63,259 nt of DNA from a virus (lineage: Duplodnaviria > Caudoviricetes): positions 1-63,259 of IMG/VR virus record IMGVR_UViG_3300042112_000104; one strand, written 5' to 3'. Below the pieces are notes generated by a model. The model saw only the letters and a program-made list of their open reading frames with translations, ran no database searches and was not told where the DNA came from. This document shows, in pieces, positions 26,205 through 35,153 of the stretch. How positions within the stretch are numbered: position 1 is the stretch's first letter; every line of letters starts with the position of its first letter. The position numbers and the translations under genes were made by a program.

Positions 26205-28628
26205 TTACGCTGCTGTTGGAGGTTTAGGAGGGGTTGCTACTGTATTTACAACCCCCATTTGTGACGGCATTTCTTCGGAAGCGAGTTTGTTCACTTCTTT
26301 GACCTGTGCCGCTGAAACTCGTCTGCCTGAAGGCGCTCCGCCTGTTGCAACTGCCGCCGCTGGTTGCAGTTCAGGAGGGATCGGCACATTCTGGCCCTTT
26401 GTAAGGTGATCAAACGCCTGTTTGACTGCTTGCTTCATCTGAGCGATTAGCTGCGGATTCGCCTGCTTCATTTCTGCCTGCTGCAAGTGCGTGTTGAAGT
26501 GGTTCAACGCGCTCATAAACGGCTGGATCATCTCAGGCGGCAAGCTGCCGGGGGGCGCTTGCGCGATAATCGGGAAAAGTTTTTCCGCCATCGTTGTCAA
26601 ATGGACAACATCGTTGTCGCGAGGCGAAACTGGCACTTCCTGACCAGCAACTATGCTTTGTAGCTCAATAACTTGCTGTCTGGTTGCCTCAATCGCCAGT
26701 GCTTCCACCTGATCCTTCGGAAGAATTACCGAATTGGCGATAGATTCACCAACTTTTCGGCTCCAATCCAGTTTGATCAGTTCGTCCTGATTGATTGAAG
26801 GATTTCCCGTGTAGCGCTGGATCAAAAGATCCAAAACAGCCTCTTCTTGGGCCAAAGTATCAGGCAAAAGTTCTTCTGCCGCTGAATGCGCCATGAGCAA
26901 AATGTCGCTTGGCGGCAAATTGCGATCCATCATGTTCAAACAGCAGGAAATTGCGTCCTCATCCAAGTGTTCTGGCACTTCAAAAGGCACCAAAAATGAC
27001 GGGAGATCCATCGTTGACTTCTCAAACGCTGAGACAACGTCTTTTTTCGCCCAAACGGCATTCGGAGACTGCAATCGGGCCAAATCCAGTGCGGTTTTTA
27101 GCTCCGCTGCCGCTTTGACGTGCTCAGGATGACAAATTCCGCGCTGCATACGCTGCACAGCCTTGGAATATTGCTTCACCCAGCGCATCAAGATGCCTTC
27201 GCGGATCTGTCCTTCGATTGCGGCGATACGATTGACCTCGCTTGCCGTCTTTGCGCGGGTATCGCGGCCCAATGCTTCGCCCGGCAGGAACGCTCCGATC
27301 TGAATTTCGGCCAATCCTGAGATAAATTGGTCTAGCCTGATGAAATCTTCGACATCAGACGGCAGATTTTGCGCCACTACATCATATCCTTCTGCCACAT
27401 AGGCTATAGGATGCATGACGGTAAGCGGAGGAACGCCTGCCTTGGCATTCGGCCCCTTCTTGAGGAGCAAAAGACCGCGCAGATACGTGTTATCCACCAC
27501 CAAGTTACGGGCCTTATCGACAGCAATGTGCGTGTTGTAGAGATCCCTACCCGCTCCACGCGATGACATCAGCGATCCTGAGCCAATTTCGATGGCGAAC
27601 AGTGCGATACAGTCGCTCATTCGGTCATAGCGGTCTAGCTGTGTGCAAATTTCAGAGCCTGACTTGTCGCTCATCAAGAATCTGGAGATTTTTCCAGTGG
27701 GTTCTTTGACGAGGATCTCTCCCAACTCTACATACTTGGCATCGCTCTCATATGATGCGCCATAAGACCCTTCACGAATCCAATCCTCATAGCGTCTGGC
27801 ATCATCATCCGTATCCAGCGAGCGACCAATCGGCACTGCGTTGTTGATGGCCTCGACAAGGTTGTCGATATGCCAGCCTGCCAGCGCGGAAAGTTCTGGA
27901 TCTTCCAGCAATGGCAACAGTTCGGAAACTTGGTATCGACGTTTTCTGGCCCAAATCGGCGTTGCATCTGCCTCCTGAGGGGTTTCCACGCTGAAAAACG
28001 TGAAGTCTTGCCGCAAAAACTCTGGCTTCCAATCGCGCAAATCGTCCCAACACATCGCCGTGAAGCCGAAAGTGGTATTTTCATGCACAATCTGCGCGAC
28101 CAAATCATCATGGCCCTTCCATGCCCTGATAGCTTTCGTGATTTCCTCGCGGAAAATCTTGGTTTTCTGTTCCGAATCAACGCCTTCTTTCGGATATTTC
28201 GTATATGTCAGCGTAGGAGTTTGTTCGATAACCTGACGGAACGGCGGCTGGATTCGGCCAACCATCGTTGAAAGAAATCCTGTCGGCCTGTTGCTCCGCC
28301 AGCTTTGCCCCATGCTCTCCAGTTTTTTCTGCTGATACGGCGGCTCATTGTTCAGCTTCTTCTGGATCAACTGATTCTTGCGGTTTCGCTCGGCATTTTG
28401 CTGCTTCAGACGTTTGTATGCGCTGTAGGCTTGCTGCGTATCACGGAAAACCCTGCGAACCTTCAGGTTCTTCGGATTTACAATGTCGCTGGAAGCATTC
28501 GGGCCTGCATCGCTGATTTGAAGTCCAAGAATCTTCGGCTTGTCGGTTGCGTCTGCTATTCGCGCTGCCTCGTTCGCATACGTGTCTGTAATTTCGGGAG
28601 GAAGCGGTTTGGATGATCTCGTTGCCAT
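26205..28628 (-). CDS. Portal protein (putative)
   Basis: About 807 aa, helical, KTASEV motif, Q/P-rich tail, downstream of terminase; start at MATRSS. Confidence 0.7.
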   Translation of the reverse strand: MATRSSKPLPPEITDTYANEAARIADATDKPKILGLQISDAGPNASSDIVNPKNLKVRRVFRDTQQAYSAYKRLKQQNAERNRKNQLIQKKLNNEPPYQQKKLESMGQSWRSNRPTGFLSTMVGRIQPPFRQVIEQTPTLTYTKYPKEGVDSEQKTKIFREEITKAIRAWKGHDDLVAQIVHENTTFGFTAMCWDDLRDWKPEFLRQDFTFFSVETPQEADATPIWARKRRYQVSELLPLLEDPELSALAGWHIDNLVEAINNAVPIGRSLDTDDDARRYEDWIREGSYGASYESDAKYVELGEILVKEPTGKISRFLMSDKSGSEICTQLDRYDRMSDCIALFAIEIGSGSLMSSRGAGRDLYNTHIAVDKARNLVVDNTYLRGLLLLKKGPNAKAGVPPLTVMHPIAYVAEGYDVVAQNLPSDVEDFIRLDQFISGLAEIQIGAFLPGEALGRDTRAKTASEVNRIAAIEGQIREGILMRWVKQYSKAVQRMQRGICHPEHVKAAAELKTALDLARLQSPNAVWAKKDVVSAFEKSTMDLPSFLVPFEVPEHLDEDAISCCLNMMDRNLPPSDILLMAHSAAEELLPDTLAQEEAVLDLLIQRYTGNPSINQDELIKLDWSRKVGESIANSVILPKDQVEALAIEATRQQVIELQSIVAGQEVPVSPRDNDVVHLTTMAEKLFPIIAQAPPGSLPPEMIQPFMSALNHFNTHLQQAEMKQANPQLIAQMKQAVKQAFDHLTKGQNVPIPPELQPAAAVATGGAPSGRRVSAAQVKEVNKLASEEMPSQMGVVNTVATPPKPPTAA

Positions 28629-28639
28629 TTTAGTAGATT

Positions 28640-29221
28640 TTAGTAGTCGTTTAACCAGCAATGGGGATGCAAGTCCGCTGGCCTTGTGAAGTGGCTCCTG
28701 TCAAAGAAAACGGCAGTTCTATTGTCATGCCTCAACTGCCTGCACCCTCCAAGAGCTTTGGTTGTTTGCGTATCGCGAGCCTGTCTTAGACTCGTTGAAA
28801 GTCGATCTGCGGCAATAATGCATGATTTACATCCTGACTTCCATGCCACGTTGTTTGGACACGTCTTGCATATTTTCGCCCTTTGTTCTGCCAAATCATT
28901 GGAAACCAGCAGATGCTGCGTTCTGGATCCTGCCAAAGTCCTCGCCCATGTCGTTATGTCCTGCAGCAATTCGCTCGCTTTTGATGGAGCCATAACGCTG
29001 GTAATAGCGACCATGTCAACTCCATGACAGTGATTCGGGTAGTTGCTGCAAAGGAATGAATTTACATCTCCCTCGACATCTCCAAGCGGCAAGTGATTTT
29101 CCGCCCTGTAATTCGTCACCGTCTCGTAAAGCTGATCCAATGTAATGGCATCAAGTTTGACATCGCCTTCGTAGTAATGCCATCCACCGGGCGGCGTAAA
29201 TCCCCAGATTGGTTTTGCCAT
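28640..29221 (-). CDS. Cys-rich hypothetical (possible metal-binding) protein
   Basis: RAKICKTCP, CKSC, GGC, HCWL; start at MAKPIWG. Confidence 0.6.
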   Translation of the reverse strand: MAKPIWGFTPPGGWHYYEGDVKLDAITLDQLYETVTNYRAENHLPLGDVEGDVNSFLCSNYPNHCHGVDMVAITSVMAPSKASELLQDITTWARTLAGSRTQHLLVSNDLAEQRAKICKTCPNNVAWKSGCKSCIIAADRLSTSLRQARDTQTTKALGGCRQLRHDNRTAVFFDRSHFTRPADLHPHCWLNDY

Positions 29222-29255
29222 AATATTCGACGGGGGGTTCTGGGCTTCTTGGGGG

Positions 29256-29867
29256 TTATCCGTTGAGGAAGCTGGAGACAATTCCTCCGCGCTTTTGCTT
29301 TTGAATAACAAACTCAATAAACGCTTCCACACGATCTTCAAATCTATAGGTCTGATCCATCTTGGTGCCAATCTTATAATTGTAGTTTGTATCGACCAGC
29401 CTGCAAAGACAAACCGTATGCTGCGGGAAGTTTTGCTCAAGCCACTCAGGCACCTTTACATGATGCGGGGCGGGACTGTCTTTCTGCCACATACTAAACG
29501 TGATCTTATGATCAGGGTTGTAGCGACTCGGCCAAATCATGCCCTCATACAGTTCCCAGCTTGGGACGGTCACCACCAAATACCCGTTAGGCTTTAAGAC
29601 CTTGAGCCATTGTTCCATCGCGGCCTTGGGATCGTGCATATGCTCCAAGCACTGGCTGGCATGGACATAATCGAATGTTTCCTCAAAATAATCGGCCAGC
29701 CTGTTCGCGTCTCCATCCTGAACGTCGAACCCTCGCGCCCCTTCTACGGCAATCAAATCGTCGCCAGCGCCCACGTCAATCCCGCTCCCACTGAATACCG
29801 TCTTCCAAAATTCGGATTCCTTCGGATCTTCAAACCTTCGGAGCATTGCTTTGCTGGATTCGCGCAT
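29256..29867 (-). CDS. Class I SAM-dependent methyltransferase (small-molecule/sugar type)
   Basis: GIDVGAG motif I, FDYVHASQCLEH, VLKPNGYL; no DNA-MTase DPPY/PC motif. Confidence 0.85.
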   Translation of the reverse strand: MRESSKAMLRRFEDPKESEFWKTVFSGSGIDVGAGDDLIAVEGARGFDVQDGDANRLADYFEETFDYVHASQCLEHMHDPKAAMEQWLKVLKPNGYLVVTVPSWELYEGMIWPSRYNPDHKITFSMWQKDSPAPHHVKVPEWLEQNFPQHTVCLCRLVDTNYNYKIGTKMDQTYRFEDRVEAFIEFVIQKQKRGGIVSSFLNG

Positions 29868-29880
29868 AACCGTTTGTATC

Positions 29881-31719
29881 TCACTCGCTAAAGTCTACAA
29901 ACTCCAAATTGTCAACAATAGTTTCTATCGGCTTCTCCATCGGCTCTGGCTTCGGATCGGTCATTGTCGGAACCGCCCCGCCCCTTTGGCGCATCAAATA
30001 GACCAATAAAGACAGGGAGTCCAATGCGTCAGGGCTATTCTGCCTTGTCCGCTTTACAAAGTCCGCCTTGCTCTCTACCCGCACCAATCCCTTCCCTTGC
30101 TGCTTATATCGACGCGATATGGCCTGCTTGACTACGTCCTCGTTCCTGAAACTCGGCGCAATCTTCAGGAACTCAAACTCCAGATACTTCGCCAGCCCGA
30201 AAATCAGTTCGGTCACCACTCCGCTGTATAACTCGTTCGCCTTCTGGCTATCGTCGCCAAGTATACGGGTTTCTGTCGCCGCCCAGCTATAATTCACCCC
30301 CATGACTTCCGATCCAAAAAGGCTACATAAAGAATCGTGGATACCAGCGCCGTTGCCCGTCCGATCCACGCAAAGCCAGTTCGGCCCGATCCGCATCTGC
30401 TTGCAGAACTTGATGATCGCCGTTGTCTGCTCAAGTGTCGCCTTCTTCGGGAAGCTGATCTGCCCATCCAACTGGAGGACAATCTTCGGCTTCTTGAACT
30501 CAATGAACTTCCCATCCCTAGGCGTCCACCCATCGCACAGCCCGAATCGCCCGTGCGAGCACAGCACCTGATCGTTTCCCTCCAAGGCCAAGTCAAATGC
30601 CGCCAGCGGCACCACTGGCCCAATGAACCGCACGTTCCCAATGGAATTGTCCATCATAGCAGGCGTTATGATCGCCATGCTGATGCCCTCCTGCGGGAAG
30701 AAGCCTCGCGCCATCGTGTAGTATTCCGCCGTCTTGCCTCGCGCCTCGTAGGCCATGTAGCCCTCGTAGGTCTGGAAGCCGGGGAACACAGTCCGCCTCT
30801 GCGTCACGTTCTCGCACCGTGCCGCATCCAGCCTCAATACGTGCCACCCGTCCCTGCTTTTCCACTCAAAGTCCTCCTCACAATCCACGCTCATCCACCC
30901 GCGCTCAGGCTCGCACCGTTTCCCGAATTCACTCGTCCTGTCCTTCGGGTTCGACGCTCCGAAAATCTTAATGCGTCCTTTTGCGCCGTCAGTGTCCGCC
31001 GCCGACAAGATGTTCTGCAATCCTTCCCATACGCCAGCGGGAACTTCCTCCGCCTCGTCCAGCACTACATGGGTTCGGCTCATAAGCCCCCATTTCGGAT
31101 GCGGCTTCCCTGCCCTTGGCGCTGGATGGAATCCTCTCAGCGTTCCCGTTCCGCTATCGCCCTTCGGCACTGCAACCAAGTGGATCCCATTCTTGTCATC
31201 GTCGTTCGCCTGAATCGACTTCACCAGTTCCTCGCCGCCCTCATACTCTGGCTTCACCAGCGCCGTCCTATAAAATGTCTTAATCGCCGCAAATACGTTC
31301 CGCTGTGCGTGAGCCTCCGTCAGCGAAACCACTTTAATACACGTATAATAAGGATCACGCATCCAATCCAATAGGAACCATGCCGCCGCATTGAACGTCT
31401 TGCCCATCGCTCCCGCCCCCTGAATCAGCAGTTTGTCATGCTCAAACAGGCATCTCCACGTATCCCGTGCCGACATCGGACGCCAATCGTAAACCGTGTT
31501 CCCCCACAGGATCGTCGCCGCCGCCTCAAACTGATCTTTGTCCAATAAGTCCTGCACATACTGCAGCACTATCGACTTCGCCATGTCCTCATCAATCGCC
31601 TTCGGCATCGTTCCGCCAACCGCCGCCTTCTTCAGAATATGCGCTGCCGCATACAATATGCCCTTATATTCATCGCGCTCAGCCTCTGCACGAATCTCGT
31701 TCGCCAGCGCCAGCGCCAT
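29881..31719 (-). CDS. terL: Terminase large subunit
   Basis: Walker A GAGAMGKT, Walker B VVLDEAEE, ASNP, RNase-H AAFDLA and SPDALD; start uncertain. Confidence 0.85.
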   Translation of the reverse strand: MALALANEIRAEAERDEYKGILYAAAHILKKAAVGGTMPKAIDEDMAKSIVLQYVQDLLDKDQFEAAATILWGNTVYDWRPMSARDTWRCLFEHDKLLIQGAGAMGKTFNAAAWFLLDWMRDPYYTCIKVVSLTEAHAQRNVFAAIKTFYRTALVKPEYEGGEELVKSIQANDDDKNGIHLVAVPKGDSGTGTLRGFHPAPRAGKPHPKWGLMSRTHVVLDEAEEVPAGVWEGLQNILSAADTDGAKGRIKIFGASNPKDRTSEFGKRCEPERGWMSVDCEEDFEWKSRDGWHVLRLDAARCENVTQRRTVFPGFQTYEGYMAYEARGKTAEYYTMARGFFPQEGISMAIITPAMMDNSIGNVRFIGPVVPLAAFDLALEGNDQVLCSHGRFGLCDGWTPRDGKFIEFKKPKIVLQLDGQISFPKKATLEQTTAIIKFCKQMRIGPNWLCVDRTGNGAGIHDSLCSLFGSEVMGVNYSWAATETRILGDDSQKANELYSGVVTELIFGLAKYLEFEFLKIAPSFRNEDVVKQAISRRYKQQGKGLVRVESKADFVKRTRQNSPDALDSLSLLVYLMRQRGGAVPTMTDPKPEPMEKPIETIVDNLEFVDFSE

Positions 31720-31738
31720 GTTAAGGCTCTTCCTGATC

Positions 31739-32065
31739 TTAGTTCTTTCCATGCAGCAACACTGGCTCCAGTATCCAATCCAAATAAGCAGGCGTTTGTT
31801 CTCCTGAGTAACATCCTTCGATGTTGAAGCTGAAGAACTCCTCAGCCTCATCCTCGCTCATCCCCTGACGCATAAGTATCTTTATGCACTTGTCGCGATG
31901 GTAGATCGCAATCGGCTTGTTGAATTGCCTCGCCACTCCGACGAAAGCCTCTTCAAAGCCGTCAGCCAAGATGATCGGCTCATCCACGTCCATCAGTTCT
32001 CCTAGCTTCTTCAGAAGCTGCTTCTTAGTCCTGCACGTCATATGATCCTTTATTAAGAGTTTCAC
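31739..32065 (-). CDS. Phage hypothetical protein
   Basis: LADGFEEAFVG...MSEDEAEEFFSFNIEG...GEQTP pattern that I recall from aquatic phage proteins. Confidence 0.6.
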   Translation of the reverse strand: MKLLIKDHMTCRTKKQLLKKLGELMDVDEPIILADGFEEAFVGVARQFNKPIAIYHRDKCIKILMRQGMSEDEAEEFFSFNIEGCYSGEQTPAYLDWILEPVLLHGKN

Positions 32066-32229
32066 CTGTTAAAGTTTTCCGCTACTCCGTTTAACATAAC
32101 TTCCGTTGTGTATACTGAACGCTCGTTTGGTTTACATTTCCACCCGAATCCCAAGCCACAGCATCCTTGCCTTGTCATCATACGCTGCCTCAGGTCGCGT
32201 TCCTGTGCATCCTATCAGTGCCAGCGCTA

Positions 32230-32424
32230 TCATTGCCGCACAGGCTGACCACACATAGGACATAGGCTCAGGTCTATATTGCTCTGTTTCGTTTGTTTCG
32301 ATTGGTGCCACTTGTCCGCAACCCTAGCTGTCAGCGCCATCAACGCACAACAGGCCACTATTCCCAGCAGGAACATAATGGGCGTTATTGTCGGGCCTCG
32401 CATCCTGATCAGCTTACTTCTCAT
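32230..32424 (-). CDS. Small membrane protein with C-terminal CPMCG
   Basis: Hydrophobic segment IMFLLGIVACCALMAL. Confidence 0.45.
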   Translation of the reverse strand: MRSKLIRMRGPTITPIMFLLGIVACCALMALTARVADKWHQSKQTKQSNIDLSLCPMCGQPVRQ

Positions 32425-32707
32425 GCTTCTCCTCTTTGTTCGCGCTCACCTTCCACCACTTGCCAAGCGGACAGTATTCCGTAGCCATCGCGCTCTTGAT
32501 CTCCATGTTGCAGCCACAGACGAGACATCTGCCCATGCCGCCATAGCCTGTCTGATCGTAGTGCTCACAGTAGCGGCAGAAGTCCAAGCGCTTCTCTATG
32601 TCCGCCACTGAGGCGCGAGGCATCCCTGCAGCGACGAACACAGCGGCAGACTTGAAGAAGTTCTTCGCCATCTGTGCCACTGTCGGCTTGGGATGCTGCT
32701 TGCTCAT
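32414..32707 (-). CDS. Cys-rich small protein (DUF6171-like)
   Basis: RLDFCRYC...CLVCGC...K...CPLGKW. Confidence 0.65.
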   Translation of the reverse strand: MSKQHPKPTVAQMAKNFFKSAAVFVAAGMPRASVADIEKRLDFCRYCEHYDQTGYGGMGRCLVCGCNMEIKSAMATEYCPLGKWWKVSANKEEKHEK

Positions 32708-33069
32708 TTGACGTAATATGCTGACGTTGGCGGATGGTAGATGGCCCTTGCTCTCAGCGACTGCTCCGCAACCTGTGTCGGATTGTTCGTGTAGGCTCGC
32801 GTCCTGTAGCTGCCCCAATTGTCATAGCTCCAAAGCTGGTTCTGCCCTGACGGATACAGATAGACGCAGAACGCATGGCCTCGCGGCTTCGGATCGTTCC
32901 ACGTTGTGATCAGCACTTCGCTCCAGACGTTGTATTTCCTCAGCCCTTCGCGGAAGGCGATTGCTGTCGGCAGGCAGGCGTTGATCTCCTTCTCCATCCA
33001 AGCCTCAGGGTTCTTCGGTGTGCTGACGCAGGATGTCAGCATGATCATAAGCGGCAATAATAGCTTCAT
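32704..33069 (-). CDS. Lipoprotein with possible Cys-His-Asp triad
   Basis: Lipobox LTSC; NACLP, GHAFC, WSYD. Confidence 0.55.
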   Translation of the reverse strand: MKLLLPLMIMLTSCVSTPKNPEAWMEKEINACLPTAIAFREGLRKYNVWSEVLITTWNDPKPRGHAFCVYLYPSGQNQLWSYDNWGSYRTRAYTNNPTQVAEQSLRARAIYHPPTSAYYVK

Positions 33070-33341
33070 TTGAGTGGTTGCATTGCCATCACGTCATCGT
33101 AGTGGCTCTGTGCTTTTAGTTCGTCTAGCTCCTTCTTCACAGCGATGAAAGCATCAACTGCGGCCTGAGTCTTGCGCGTATGCCATTCCAGCAGGCGCTT
33201 GGCTTCCCTAAGATCGTTGAAGACATCATTGCGTTGCTGCTCCATGCGCTCAGCGTGTTCAGTCATGCGGATGATCTGGCGTCCAACGGGCGAGCCTACG
33301 AGGTTCTTCCGCATCACGTCTGTCTCAGGCGTCATGCTCAT
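33066..33341 (-). CDS. Hypothetical coiled-coil protein
   Basis: ATGA-coupled; TPET motif shared with neighbour. Confidence 0.55.
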   Translation of the reverse strand: MSMTPETDVMRKNLVGSPVGRQIIRMTEHAERMEQQRNDVFNDLREAKRLLEWHTRKTQAAVDAFIAVKKELDELKAQSHYDDVMAMQPLK

Positions 33342-33619
33342 TTGCTCTCTCCCTTCAGCCGATCAAACTCGGCAATGTCTGCTCGGATTTGCTCCATTTG
33401 CCTCTCATAGCGTTCGTAGCCATTTCCCCAAGTGCCAAGCTCGGCGAGAGATTCGTGCGCGTAGTCGATTAACCTCTCCGCGCACTCGCGCCATTGGTCG
33501 CGTTCGCGTTCCATCCGCGCCATCTCATCGAAAATATTAATCTTCCCCTGCTGCCAGCGTTCGACGGCTTCACAGGTTTCGGGCGTGTCACTCTCGTAGT
33601 TTCTAAGCGTATCGCTCAT
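33338..33619 (-). CDS. Hypothetical coiled-coil protein
   Basis: SDTPET...ARMERERD; ATGA-coupled. Confidence 0.55.
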   Translation of the reverse strand: MSDTLRNYESDTPETCEAVERWQQGKINIFDEMARMERERDQWRECAERLIDYAHESLAELGTWGNGYERYERQMEQIRADIAEFDRLKGESK

Positions 33620-33969
33620 GGCCGCTCTTCCTTCTCCAGAAGGCGCTGGTAGAGGATCGCTGCCTTCTCAAACTGCAGCCAGCCGTCCTCAGCGCATTTG
33701 CCTGCTACGTGGAAGAACGTCCTGCAGCAAGTCATCGCATCCTTGAGCCTGAGCTTCAGGTCATAGACTTCCAGTGTCAGGGCCAGTTCCCTGTCGGCAC
33801 AGCGCTCTAGGGCGTTCTGGAGCTTGGCTATCTCTGGGGGTGAACCAGCACCAAGGGCGCTTCCCTCCCCACAAGGGTTACGTTTACTTTTCTCAGTGAT
33901 GGTTCGTTTCTTCTTGGTATTCATGGCTTTATTCATATGGGGCTTTATTGATAGATGATTCCATTCCAC
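33616..33969 (-). CDS. Hypothetical protein (start uncertain)
   Basis: ORF coupled to the downstream gene. Confidence 0.45.
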   Translation of the reverse strand: MEWNHLSIKPHMNKAMNTKKKRTITEKSKRNPCGEGSALGAGSPPEIAKLQNALERCADRELALTLEVYDLKLRLKDAMTCCRTFFHVAGKCAEDGWLQFEKAAILYQRLLEKEERP

Positions 33970-34002
33970 TATACATTACTTATCTTGTATTTAGTTATGG
34001 AG

Positions 34003-34227
34003 CTATTTCCTGCGTAAGTGCTTGGTTTTGCGCTCATTGTGTTTCCTGATGTATTTCTCAATTTCAGCCATGTCGGCGCTGGCCTGAGCAAAGCCGTCTG
34101 GGGTGTCGGGATAGCTGGATTCGTAGCGGGGTAGCGGCTCTCCACGGGTCAGCCTGTTGCCGACGATGCCAAAGTCAGTGTGGATCTCAAGCCTGCCGTC
34201 ATTCCTGACTAGCTTCAGCTTTGTCAT
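34003..34227 (-). CDS. Hypothetical protein
   Basis: GGAGG SD upstream; overlaps end of terS. Confidence 0.55.
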   Translation of the reverse strand: MTKLKLVRNDGRLEIHTDFGIVGNRLTRGEPLPRYESSYPDTPDGFAQASADMAEIEKYIRKHNERKTKHLRRK

Positions 34228-34693
34228 TATCCTCCTTTATAAGCGCATATTCGCCATCGATGACTTCCGCATCCACTAACTCAGGATGCTCGTCGCGGGA
34301 TGGCGTATTGAAGGTTAGCGTCAGCTTCTGCTCGCCTGTATGCTCATGCTCAATCCGATCACCGTAGCGTTTCGGTGCGAGCTTGCTGGAAATCCATTTG
34401 AGGGCATCAACCCTGAGCCTTCCGATCTGTGCGTCATGGGCGGAGAAGGCTTCATCGAAGATCATATCGAAGTATGTGTCGGCCTGCTCGTCTCGCGCCT
34501 GTGCGTATTGGGTGCGAAACTCTGGGTGCTTTTTAAGCCAACGGAGGACGGTGACCTTGTCAGGGAAGTCTTCATCACGGCAGATGGAGCGTAGGGATTC
34601 ACCGAGAGATATGCGCTCACAGATGGCGTTGGCGATGAATTCGGAGTAGAGAGATGGTCTTCCGATAGGCTTTGCCAATTGTTTGTTCTTCAT
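34199..34693 (-). CDS. terS: Terminase small subunit (Sf6-like HTH)
   Basis: GRPSLYS...ICERISLGESLRSIC...P...TVLRWL...FRTQYAQAR...KLAPKRYGD. Confidence 0.85.
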   Translation of the reverse strand: MKNKQLAKPIGRPSLYSEFIANAICERISLGESLRSICRDEDFPDKVTVLRWLKKHPEFRTQYAQARDEQADTYFDMIFDEAFSAHDAQIGRLRVDALKWISSKLAPKRYGDRIEHEHTGEQKLTLTFNTPSRDEHPELVDAEVIDGEYALIKEDNDKAEASQE

Positions 34694-34711
34694 GGTGTTG
34701 TGACTTCAATA

Positions 34712-34739
34712 TTGACAGGGTTTAGGCAGATGGTATAAT
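34712..34739 (+). promoter_or_regulatory. Consensus sigma70 promoter on the antisense (+) strand
   Basis: TTGACA-16 bp-TATAAT with extended -10 TG, in a 75-bp intergenic gap. Confidence 0.7.
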
Positions 34740-34772
34740 CAAACAGGTGTTTGAAAGTGATTCGACTATTAT

Positions 34773-35153
34773 TTAGGTGCGGATGTCGATGATGGTTTCT
34801 TCTTCCAAGCGCGTTTTGACTTTTTCTTGGACGAATTGAAGTTCGACGCTTTGCGGATCATCGTTCGGGATGAGTTTGGCATAGCGGAGTTGGTCGATGA
34901 GTGGTTTGCAACCTCCTGCAAAATTGTCCAAGTCGAGGACATTGCACGATCTCCTCGTAATGCACACGATAGCGCGAGAGCGGCCTTTTTCTTTTCTTTG
35001 AGTAGGTGTGACCAGTGTTTGCCCAAGAGTTGATTGAGAGACGGTGTGAGGTATCCCGTGAGGATTATTCGCAGGCGCGGCGGCAGTTGGGCGGGAATAC
35101 GATCCATCAGGGAGTTGGTGGTATCCGAGTTTGCGGAGATCATCGAAGGTCAT
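34773..35153 (-). CDS. RusA-like Holliday junction resolvase
   Basis: DLDN...K.LID.L....LIPNDD catalytic motif; ATGA-coupled start MTFDDL. Confidence 0.65.
   Translation of the reverse strand: MTFDDLRKLGYHQLPDGSYSRPTAAAPANNPHGIPHTVSQSTLGQTLVTPTQRKEKGRSRAIVCITRRSCNVLDLDNFAGGCKPLIDQLRYAKLIPNDDPQSVELQFVQEKVKTRLEEETIIDIRT

Noticed and set aside
30337-31374. 345-aa + strand ORF
   Set aside because: Antisense shadow of terL; His/Arg/Pro-rich composition, no motifs
34827-35033. + strand ORF downstream of the antisense promoter
   Set aside because: TTG start, no clear ribosome-binding signal, antisense to two open frames; not supportable as a gene
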